This document shows, in pieces, positions 1 to 9,055 of a stretch of DNA of 64,000 nt; the first letter of the stretch is position 1; every line of letters starts with the position of its first letter. Position numbers and translations under genes: made by a program. The notes beneath the pieces are model-generated. The model was not told the origin of the DNA, searched no databases, and was given only the letters and a program-made list of their open reading frames with translations. The stretch is from Podarcis liolepis (lineage: Eukaryota): assembly GCA_965112155.1 (NCBI GenBank), contig OZ218101.1, one strand, 5' to 3'.

Positions 1-1030
1 CAAATAAAGTGGCAAGGAGAAAAAATAATAATCGTTGGGATCTACGCACCAAATGGAAACAAGACAGACTTTTACAAAAATCTAGAAGAAAAACTGTTTG
101 AATATATGGATCAGAAAATCATAATAATGGGAGACCTGAATGGAGTGGTGTCAATGGAAATGGACAGATTGAAATCAACTGGAGTGGGTAAAGATGGAAA
201 ATTACCTAAGACTTTCTTTTCAATGATAAAGAATTGCAACCTGATTGATATTTGGAGACTGAGACACCCGCTAGAGAAACAATTTACGTTCTATTCTGAT
301 CCAAATCAATCTCTGTCAAGAATAGATCAAATTTGGGTCTCAAATGAACTAACCCCAAGAATCTCAAAAGTTGAAATTCAGCCAAGAGTGATTTCAGATC
401 ATAGTGCAATAAAATTCGAATTAAAGGGTTTCGAAGAAAGAATGTTTAGATGGAGAATGAATGACTACCTTTTGGACGATCAGAAGATAGTTGAAAATGC
501 TCAAAAATATTTGTCAGAGTACTTTCTGAATAATTGCAATAAGGGAACAAAAATGAACATGGTGTGGGACGCCAGCAAAGCAGTGATGAGAGGTTTCTTT
601 ATCCAGCAGAACGCTTTGAAAAATAAGAACAGAGAGAAGAATAAGAAGGAAATATTAAAACAGATAATGGAGAATGAACAAAAATTGATAAAGAAACCGA
701 ATAATGAGAAGATAAGACAGAGTATAAAGACCCTACAAACACAGTTTGCAATGATGATAAATAAGGAAGTAGAAGGGAATATAAAAAGAATGAGACAAAG
801 GAACTTTGAATTCGTGAATAAATCAGGAAAATGGCTGGCGTGGCAGATTAAGAAGAGAAAGGAACAGAATACAGTAAACAAAATCATTATCGACGGCACA
901 GAAATAGAAAACCCGAAACAAATTAGAAAAGGATTCTTGGATTTCTACAGACAACTATATAAAAGCAAGGAAAGGAATAATATGAGAAAGATAGAAAGAT
1001 TTTTAAAGGAAAAAGAAGTGCAGAAGATTG
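1..1030 (+). mobile_element. L1/Tx1-clade LINE ORF2 fragment (APE endonuclease domain plus linker), ending before the RT domain
   Basis: Frame 1 is open from base 1 and shows IVGIYAPN, IMGDLN, DIWRLRHP, FTFYS, SRIDQIWVS, ISDHSAI, WRMN, WDASKAVMRG and NKSGKWLA, all L1 ORF2 motifs. The strand is A-rich. Homology stops near 1030; the rest of ORF 106..1239 is read-through into unrelated sequence. Confidence 0.9.
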
Positions 1031-1069
1031 CAATTGCTCTTTCCTGGGGTAAGGAAGAGGGGGAAAGCA

Positions 1070-1620
1070 TGAGGAGATTTCACCCCTCCCATACCCAAGA
1101 ATCTCCTGACCATCTCCTGATGATTTCTGCTGACTCCACAGAGAAGAGGAGGCGTGTCCTGCCTATTAACTTATTCTGCCCAGCAACATATCTGTGTGTG
1201 AGAGAGAGAGTCAGTCAGTCAGTGTATCGGAGAGAGTGAGAGTGTTAGAGATCCTAGAGATAATATTGCTGCTAAGAGCAGCTGCAGACTCTCAGTGTAG
1301 CATTGCTTTATGCTCAGAATATTTAGCTCTGTATATAGTTTTGTACCATAGTTGTAGTTATAGAATAAAAGGAAGATATTTTACAGAGCTGCTCTCCGAG
1401 TGGTTTATACTCTGCAAGACTCTGCAAAACTCTGCTGCGCAACGACTGAATTATTGAGACAGTGAATCCGGTGCTCTCAGCTCTAAGCTGTGAGTCCACA
1501 GCACTGTGACCGTTTCCTGTGGGAAGGAGGTCTCTGGCGGTGCTACCCAGCTCGCCCAGCCCAGTCGGGGTTGAGGTGCAAGAGTCCAGTTGGTGCACTG
1601 GCTCTAGGGCGATGCTGACA
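1070..1620 (+). repeat. 5' LTR of the Copia element
   Basis: TGAGGAGA...GCTGACA, a direct repeat of 4799-5349. TATTAA at 1164-1169 and AATAAA at 1364-1369. Confidence 0.96.
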
Positions 1621-1622
1621 TC

Positions 1623-1636
1623 GGTTATGGGCCCAG
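1623..1636 (+). promoter_or_regulatory. Primer-binding site complementary to the internal anticodon-arm region of initiator tRNA-Met (half-tRNA priming)
   Basis: GGTTATGGGCCCAG lies 2 nt after the 5' LTR. It is the reverse complement of CTGGGCCCATAACC in tRNAiMet, the PBS type used by Drosophila copia. Confidence 0.9.
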
Positions 1637-1979
1637 TCGTTGTTCCAGTCATCTGACCTGACGTTGTCCCAGGTGTCCCAGTCGTCCCAGTCGCCAGAGG
1701 TTTCTGTTGCTGATTGCCGGACGGTGGAACGGACGCTGCATGCTGGACTGATTTGTGGTGCCCAGAAGCAGAGCTGTTTTGGAGCAGAGTATTCAAGCTG
1801 CCGCTGTTGCTGTTGCTGCTGCTTGATTTATGGAGGTATGTTTCTGACTGCCAAAGGAAGAAGATAGCATCCCTGTTTGCCTGTTAATTGCGCTGTGAGT
1901 GGGAGAGAGAGTGGCTGAAGGAGTCAAGGCTTTATCTGTGTTGCACGAGGGAAGTGTCTTGCTCTAAGTAATAGCAGAC

Positions 1980-4520
1980 ATGGCCTGTGCACATTCTGGC
2001 CAGATGGCTCTGTCCTTTCCCCTCCTGACGCCTGTAAACTATGGAGTTTGGCAAGTAAAGATGAAAGTGCTTTTACAGAGGGAAAAGCTATTTCACACGA
2101 TAGAAGATGACCCTCCAGATAAGGATGATGATGATTGGGCTGAGTGGCATGCTGCAGATATGAAAGCCCGAGGGACAATTGTTTTGAGTGTTTCAGACCA
2201 CTTGCTGGTGAACTTAGAGGGTCAAGAGACTGCACAAGCTGTTTGGCATAAGTTGAGAGATATGCATCTGAGGCAGAATGCTGGTTCCAGTGTGATTTTC
2301 TTTAAGAAGCTGTGCAGGCTGCAGTTGGAGAAAGGTGGTGATTTGCCTAGCCATCTATCTCAATTAAAGCGTCTCAGACAAGACCTTGTTCAGCGAGACC
2401 TGGCTATTTCAGAGGCTGTGTTTGCAATGCTAATGATCAATAGCCTGGATGAGTCTTATGATGGAGTGGCTGCCCAGATTTCTACAATGCCTTCTGACCG
2501 GCTAACAGAAGATTATGTGTCTAGCGTGCTCCTGAATGAGTGGGATCGCAGACAGACTGTTAAAGAAAGCCGGGAAAACTGTGCTATTAAAAATCTGCTT
2601 GAAAAAGTGCCTGAGTCTTCAGCAGGGGAAAGTGAAAGTAAAACTGCTGCTGTTAAAGCTTTGAAATTGAAGCGCTGCTTTTCGTGTGGAGCACAAGGCC
2701 ATTTGAGTTTCCAGTGCAAAAAGTCTTCAAAGAAGAAGGGAAACTTCAGAGGCAGAGGGGGAGGAGGAAGAAATCCCCAAGGACCTGCTACTTCAAAGGC
2801 CTTGATCTCTTGCTGTTCCAGTCAACGTGGGCGGAGTTTCTTCGTGGTCGACTCTGGCTGTTCAAACCACGTGGCCAAAGATAAGAATCTCTTTGTTCAG
2901 CTTGAGAAGCAAGAGAAAGAAATTCATCAAGCAGATGGGACAGTTCTCACAAGTGTGGCTCAGGGAACTGTGTTCTTAAAGAGCCTGAATGCAACTATTA
3001 AGAATGTCCTGTATGCACCTGATATTCAGGACAATTTATTGAGTGTTTCCCAGCTTGATCGTCAAGGGTTTAAGGTGGTGTTTGCTAAATCTCGCTGTGA
3101 AATTCTTAGAGATGGCAAGCTCATTCTGTATGCAAAATGTGTAAATGGACTGTACCAATTGCCTTTTGTTTCAGGTACAGGCACTGCAGAAGCAACTGAG
3201 AAAGAGTGTTGCAATTTATCTGTAGATAAGAATGAGAAGTTGCATGACCAATGTATTCATTATTATCACCGTATTTATGGTCATTTGGGTTTCCAGGCTG
3301 TGGCAAAAATGCCTGATATGGTTCAGGGTATGAGGTTGAAAGAGTGTCCCTACCACATGAAATGTGTTTCTTGTGCTGAGAGTAAGGCAAGGCAAGCTCC
3401 CAAAGGTACAGAGTCTGGGAGAGAGGCCAAGAAACCATATGAAGTCATTCATGCAGACTTAGTGGGGCCTCTAGCGCTCTCTAGAGGCAATTCAAGGTTT
3501 TTCATGGTTCTGATAGACTCCTATTCAAAATATGTTTGGGTCTATGTGCTGCAGAAAAAGTCTGAAGCCTTTACCAAGTTTCGCCAGTTTTGTAAATGGC
3601 TCAGAAATGTACATAATGAGAATGTGCGTTTTCTTTTCACAGACAAGGGTGGAGAGTTTTGTTCAGAAGAGTTTGAGAGTTTTCTTTCTGAACAGGGCAT
3701 TGAGCATAGGACCGCCACGCCCAGATCACCCTGGCAGAATGGTTTATGTGAGAGAGTAAACCAGACCCTGCAGCAAGGAATCAGAACGCTGTTACATGAT
3801 TCAGGACTGCCCAATCCTTTTTGGGCCGAAGCTCTTTCGTTTTTCTGTCACGTGTATGACAGGAGGTACCAGTCTAGTGTAAATTGCACCCCATATGAGA
3901 TGCTTCACGGAAGAAAGCCATGTGTAAAGCATTTTAAAATTTTTGGTTCAGAGGTTTGGGTGCACACCTCGCAAGGTGACAAACTGAGCAAGCGTGGAGA
4001 ACATGGTATTTTCCTAGGATATGAGAAAGGGTCTTATCGTGTTCTGATCACAGACACGAAAACCATAAGGCTGACCAGGAGTATTGATGACAATCCACAA
4101 TGGGACAGAGTTGGCGTTTTTCAGTATCATCCCATTTGTGATGATGGTGCAAAAGGGGCAAAGAAAGTTAAGAGAGAGGCAAGTGTTATTGGTGGTGATA
4201 ATCCTGATGCCAATGTATTTCCAGATGGTGGCACAGATTATCAGAGCCCAAAAGCCTCAGGTGAGTCTGATGCTGACTCAGACTTAGCAGCTTCATATAC
4301 TTTAGCTCCCCATTCTCCCAAAGAGGAGGAAGCACCAGAACAAGAGAATCAGAGAGTTTTGCGCAGATCCGAGAGAACAACCAAGGGTGTACCACCGAAA
4401 AGGTTTTCTGAAGAGTTTGCAAAGACTGCGGTCACGAGCAACTCTGGTGGAGTTTTTAAACCAGGCATGAAGTGTGCTGAGAGTGGTAGCACAAAACGCT
4501 TTATTTATTTCCTTACCTGA
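1980..4520 (+). CDS. Copia Gag-protease-integrase polyprotein, 846 aa, with no RT/RNase H
   Basis: Gag N-terminus (LTPVNYGVWQVKMKVLL, KARGTIVLSVSD), CCHC knuckle CFSCGAQGHLSFQC, protease FVVDSGCSNH, HHCC (HRIYGH...CVSC), integrase D,D-35-E (HADLVGP / TDKGGEF / QNGLCER), SH3-like GIFLGYE and linker LRRSERTTKGVPPKRF, followed by a stop. No YVDD or other RT motif. Confidence 0.95.
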   Translation: MACAHSGQMALSFPLLTPVNYGVWQVKMKVLLQREKLFHTIEDDPPDKDDDDWAEWHAADMKARGTIVLSVSDHLLVNLEGQETAQAVWHKLRDMHLRQNAGSSVIFFKKLCRLQLEKGGDLPSHLSQLKRLRQDLVQRDLAISEAVFAMLMINSLDESYDGVAAQISTMPSDRLTEDYVSSVLLNEWDRRQTVKESRENCAIKNLLEKVPESSAGESESKTAAVKALKLKRCFSCGAQGHLSFQCKKSSKKKGNFRGRGGGGRNPQGPATSKALISCCSSQRGRSFFVVDSGCSNHVAKDKNLFVQLEKQEKEIHQADGTVLTSVAQGTVFLKSLNATIKNVLYAPDIQDNLLSVSQLDRQGFKVVFAKSRCEILRDGKLILYAKCVNGLYQLPFVSGTGTAEATEKECCNLSVDKNEKLHDQCIHYYHRIYGHLGFQAVAKMPDMVQGMRLKECPYHMKCVSCAESKARQAPKGTESGREAKKPYEVIHADLVGPLALSRGNSRFFMVLIDSYSKYVWVYVLQKKSEAFTKFRQFCKWLRNVHNENVRFLFTDKGGEFCSEEFESFLSEQGIEHRTATPRSPWQNGLCERVNQTLQQGIRTLLHDSGLPNPFWAEALSFFCHVYDRRYQSSVNCTPYEMLHGRKPCVKHFKIFGSEVWVHTSQGDKLSKRGEHGIFLGYEKGSYRVLITDTKTIRLTRSIDDNPQWDRVGVFQYHPICDDGAKGAKKVKREASVIGGDNPDANVFPDGGTDYQSPKASGESDADSDLAASYTLAPHSPKEEEAPEQENQRVLRRSERTTKGVPPKRFSEEFAKTAVTSNSGGVFKPGMKCAESGSTKRFIYFLT

Positions 4521-4784
4521 TATTTGAAAAGGAAAGCGTGTATTTGAGTTCTGTAAAATGGTTTGTTCAAATCTGCCTAATTAGAAATGTCAATTTGTAT
4601 TTGAGAGGAAGAAATGTGTATGAAGATTTTTCTAGAAGCTGCTTATTCAATGGTATTGTAAAAGTGTGTTATATGCTGGGAAGAGAGATACCTGCATATG
4701 TTAACCAAGGTTGTAAGCAGAGAACAACTTTTGGAGTGTGTGTGCAAATTGCAGTGATGTTAAAGATTCTTGAAATGGTCGGAT

Positions 4785-4798
4785 GAAATGGGGGAGGA
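4785..4798 (+). promoter_or_regulatory. Polypurine tract
   Basis: GAAATGGGGGAGGA immediately precedes the TG of the 3' LTR. Confidence 0.85.
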
Positions 4799-5349
4799 TG
4801 AGGAGATTTCACCCCTCCCATACCCAAGAATCTCCTGACCATCTCCTGATGATTTCTGCTGACTCCACAGAGAAGAGGAGGCGTGTCCTGCCTATTAACT
4901 TATTCTGCCCAGCAACATATCTGTGTGTGAGAGAGAGAGTCAGTCAGTCAGTGTATCGGAGAGAGTGAGAGTGTTAGAGATCCTAGAGATAATATTGCTG
5001 CTAAGAGCAGCTGCAGACTCTCAGTGTAGCATTGCTTTATGCTCAGAATATTTAGCTCTGTATATAGTTTTGTACCATAGTTGTAGTTATAGAATAAAAG
5101 GAAGATATTTTACAGAGCTGCTCTCCGAGTGGTTTATACTCTGCAAGACTCTGCAAAACTCTGCTGCGCAACGACTGAATTATTGAGACAGTGAATCCGG
5201 TGCTCTCAGCTCTAAGCTGTGAGTCCACAGCACTGTGACCGTTTCCTGCGGGAAGGAGGTCTCTGGCGGTGCTACCCAGCTCGCCCAGCCCAGTCGGGGT
5301 TGAGGTGCAAGAGTCCAGTTGGTGCACTGGCTCTAGGGCGATGCTGACA
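4799..5349 (+). repeat. 3' LTR of the Copia element
   Basis: Matches 1070-1620 except C5249 versus T1520 (by eye; the ORF track also shows PAGNG versus PTGNG). AATAAA at 5093-5098. Confidence 0.96.
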
Positions 5350-5848
5350 AAGCATCCCTTTGCCAGAGGCTTGGTGGAGAATGCGGCTGGAGGAAAAACC
5401 CTTTGTGTGTATGAAATGGAGGTTGCCAGGGTGATGATGAGTAATGATGTAACAAAAAAAGGGGGGTTGTGTTTGGCAAGGTGTTCTTGGAAGAAGTCAG
5501 AAGTAGGGGGACGTCATGTGGGGGCTGAGGAGAAGAAGCCAACAGCATGAGGCACAGGAAGCATGCACTGCTGAATCAGCTCCTTGCAGATTGGAGCTGG
5601 CTGCTCTTAAGAACCCTCTCTATGTGTATATATGTGTGTAAATAAAGCCATAAATTGTGTAAATAAAGACACAAAAAGTCGGACACAACTAAACGACTAA
5701 ACAACAACAAATAAAGCCATGCATCTTAAAAACACTACAGCTTCCACCATGCCTAATTTTCTAGATGAAAACACAACCTTTGGTGAGTGTCTGGAACCCC
5801 CTGGAGTCTTCTCACCTCTTGGAAGAGATTGGGGGTGGTGTGTAACAT
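5350..5848 (+). mobile_element. Older LTR-like remnant (Gypsy-type) interrupted by the Copia; its left part is about 1030-1069
   Basis: Ends ...GTGTAACA. Its TGTAAATAAAGCCAT and GTGTCTGGAACCCCCTGGA segments resemble the minus-strand LTR at 33588-34157. Confidence 0.5.
5652..5708 (+). mobile_element. Extremely 5'-truncated Bov-B (RTE) insertion
   Basis: AGTCGGACACAACTAAACGACTAAACAACAAC matches the Bov-B 3' ends elsewhere in the window. Flanked by the duplication AAATAAAGCCAT (5640-5651 and 5709-5720). Confidence 0.8.
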
Positions 5849-6039
5849 ATTTTAACACTTGCTGAGTCCAGGGGTTAGAATGGATCTGGCACCCCCCTTC
5901 TCTGTCCCGAGTATATCAAGGTCTTTCAGGGAGAGGGGAAAATCAGGGGGGAGAACATAATTTCCCCCTCCACATTCTTTCCCCCTCCCTGAAAGAGCCT
6001 GACATACAGGAGGGGTTTGTGTGATATAGCCACTTTTGC

Positions 6040-6580
6040 CCTATAGAGGTGGTGGGGTTGTGGGCTTTACACTCCCACCATGTGCACGTTGGCTGGAGCC
6101 CAGCCCCCACACGATTGGGGGAATCCCCGGCCGCGTCACTCCCTGGCCAGCCAATCGGTTGCAGGTTTGAGGGTATTGACGGCGAGCCTTTGCTCAGGTG
6201 GCGGTTAGGCATTGATATTGGTATTGTTATGTAGATGGAAGAGGGGAGGAAGCTCCATCACCTGCCCCACATATTGAAGGATAGTCCGATAAAGGATTCG
6301 GGGGGGGGGTGGCCCTGCCCAAAGCCTATGGAGGTGAGGGCCTAAGGCACGCCCCCGAGCAGTGACCCCGGGGGAGTTCCTAGTTGATGTGCATCAGCAG
6401 GAATCCCCCTACTGGTGGTTAACCCTTCCCGGACTTCAAGCGGATGGGCTGAAGCCGGATATAGTCGGTTAGGACCAATGCCTAAGCCAATACCGCTCAT
6501 TACCTGTAACCAATAAAGTTGTGGCCTTATTTTGCCCATTAACCTTAATAATTGTGTCATGTGTCTTTATTTCCACTGGG
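6040..6580 (+). repeat. Unclassified GC/CpG-rich interspersed repeat, possibly a DIRS/Ngaro-type terminal repeat
   Basis: G-rich block that retains CpGs and ends in AATAAAGTTGTGGCC. The family assignment is from recollection only; no coding domain is seen. Confidence 0.3.
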
Positions 6581-8358
6581 GAGTGGGGGTGGGAACTCGC
6601 CACGCAACCAGTGTTTCCCTGGAAGATATGTGTGTGTGGAGATGGAGGATGGAGTTACAAGGAGAGAGAAAGAGAGAGAGCACAATGCAAATGGAATCTA
6701 GCTCCTGGAGATGGCTACATATGCTCATAGCTATGCTGTGAGATGCTGGGAACCACACAAGCATAAGAAACAGTGGCTGGTGGCACAGGGTGGGGCGGTG
6801 TTTCTTATGTGGCTTCCTAACACAAAGGTTGCTGCCAGTAACAAAGGAGAAGGGTGAGGTGGAATGATGCTGGTGCAGCAGTGGAGCCAATCCAGTTCTC
6901 CCACCACTGCAGCTACACCACCCTGATTGCTCTGCCACCTCACTCCTTCTCTCTCCCTCTTGGTTATCTCAAGCAATCTTCACATTTGGAATCCAAGTAA
7001 ACAGCAGTGTCCCGCCCCTCTGCACCCCACCAGCCACTACTGCAACAGGGTCCATGGATGCTGGGACCCACAAGAGCAACATTTCCCATTACTCCTGCCA
7101 GCTTTTTAATGCTGCCATGAAAATCTACCGTGGTGTTCATGGGCCCATGAGTATTCAGAGCAATTCCCTGAAGTCCTCTAGACCGCAATAAATTTGAGGA
7201 AGTTTGGAACTACTACAAAAGGTCTGAAGCCCCAGTTTATCATGGACTCGGCTTAAAGTTCATTTGTTTGCCTCCAGCAGACGTTCAATAAAATAATTCC
7301 GTTTTCCTGAATTATTTTCAGAACACACTGAGCTTGATCCATCCATATGTAGATGGAATGCAACTTTTCTCTTTTTTAAAAAAACAAGAGGTTCTCTAGT
7401 GCATTCTTGTTTTGATGCGTAGGCCCTGGAGATAAACTGCATACTGGTACTTTGTCATCTCTGAACATGCTTTTCTTCTGATTACAGGTATTGTCTAATG
7501 GGCAATCTTTGTAGTGTTTGGTTTTTTTAAAGAAAGAAAGAAAAAGAAACAGCCTGTTCTCAACAGAATAGGTGGGGGAAGAGTGAAAATTAACCATCTG
7601 TTTGGAATGTCTGACAGCTACTAGATAAATAATGAACTCGAAGTTCATATTTGAGAAAACAAAATAAACAAATGGCTATCTGAGAGCACACTGTTTTCTT
7701 TTTTAGTGGAACACTTCATCCATACAGCTGATTTTTAAAGATAAAAGAATACACGTGAGACCTAGATTTTTATGAAGGCTAAAGGAGATTGGGCTCCCAA
7801 ATTTACACCATTAGAAAGAGATTGTTTTCTAATTTCCCTAAGGAAAAGGGGGCAAGGGGTGGTCTCACATTAAACCTTACAGTGCTGCACTCAACCTCTT
7901 GATTGCTCACTGGGGGTATATGAAAGTGTTAAGAGACTCGGTTTTCTTCCAAGCAGAATCATCTGCAGCAACTATCATCTTAAAAACATAAACAAAAACC
8001 TGGATGTCGGCTTAAAGCCCATGATGCCTAAACAATGTAAAATGTTACAATTGAGAAAGGGCCATTTAGCCTATTTGCTAGCTCTTAAAAGAGCTAATGG
8101 TGAGCATATTAGCCTTGCTTTATTTACAGGAGCATATAAAAATCTCTGCCAATATGTGTATGAGCTCAGTGAGGCACTGTTTCCCAACAGAAAGGAACTT
8201 TCCCACATTCAAATAAAATGTGAATTATTATTTTAAAATTTATATGCTCCTTTAAAAAAGTGCACAAGACAATCTAGCATAGGCATAGAAGATGTGACAT
8301 AGTAAGTGGTTTTTATTTTATATTCAAATCCCATTTCTTGGAGGAAGGAGTCAGGGAA

Positions 8359-8428
8359 TAATACCTATACGTCTATTAAAGTACCCCAATTCCTAATACC
8401 TATACGTCTATTAAAGTACCCCAATTCC
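8359..8428. repeat. Perfect 35-bp tandem duplication
   Basis: TAATACCTATACGTCTATTAAAGTACCCCAATTCC occurs twice in tandem. Confidence 0.9.
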
Positions 8429-8659
8429 TAATCCCGTGACATGACTTCTCTTCCTTTTGAGCTGTCCATGGTATCTGCTACACATGTAGCTCTGTTACTT
8501 CCTCTGACACCACCTGGATCTGATCTACTTTTGGAATTCCTGGGACTAACGCTCCACTTGCACTACAGTCACTGTCATTGCCATCTCTTTCTTTCCTTCC
8601 TTGAAGGTAATGTAACTCTAAGTGATCCATGCTGTGGGAACTTCCAGGTTAGACCAATG

Positions 8660-9055
8660 CAATGAACTCTAAGTGAAGCGCCCTATAAAGATGGCCACCT
8701 GAGCTAGTGAAGACAATTCAGAAATTGCAGGTACTTCTGAAAGTGGTGACTACATTCCTAACTGGGACTGGGCATCATGCTGATGCTATGCCAATTGCAC
8801 TGCCTGCAAGTCCATTTCTGGATCCAATTCAAAGCCCTTCATGGCTTAGGAATGACAGACTCAAAGGGCCCTCTGTGTCTTTCTGTATGCTAAGATCTTA
8901 CATCTGTGGGTGCCCTTGCTACAAAGAAGAAAGCCTTTTTACTGTTGACATCCCAATTGGGGAATACCTTCCTCTAAGAGGTCCACCTAGTGCCTTATTT
9001 GCTCAGCCTCTTGACACAGGCAAGACCTTTCTACTCTTCCCATGGCTTTTAGACA
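8660..9055 (+). mobile_element. Degenerate L2 LINE 3' fragment
   Basis: KTIQKLQV..K..T..LTG and the TGCACTG...CAATTCAAAG segments resemble the C-terminus of the L2 at 26724-27855. Confidence 0.55.

Larger units (their letters stand above)
1070..5349 (+). mobile_element. Ty1/Copia LTR retrotransposon, structurally complete but lacking RT/RNase H (non-autonomous)
   Basis: Two 551-bp TG...CA LTRs, 5-bp TSD AAGCA (1065-1069 and 5350-5354), PBS, PPT, and an ORF in Copia order Gag-PR-IN. Confidence 0.96.

Noticed and set aside
106-1239. 377-aa ORF as a real L1-LTR fusion protein
   Set aside because: The C-terminal ~70 aa are read-through into flank and Copia LTR; the same peptide recurs at 4783-4968.
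1428-1441. ACTCTGCTGCGC in the LTR as an extra tRNAiMet-pairing box
   Set aside because: Only 7-8-nt matches, which are expected by chance.
1323-1796. 157-aa antisense ORF across the LTR/PBS
   Set aside because: The Thr/Gly repeats simply translate the CCCAGTCG motifs. No domain is recognisable.
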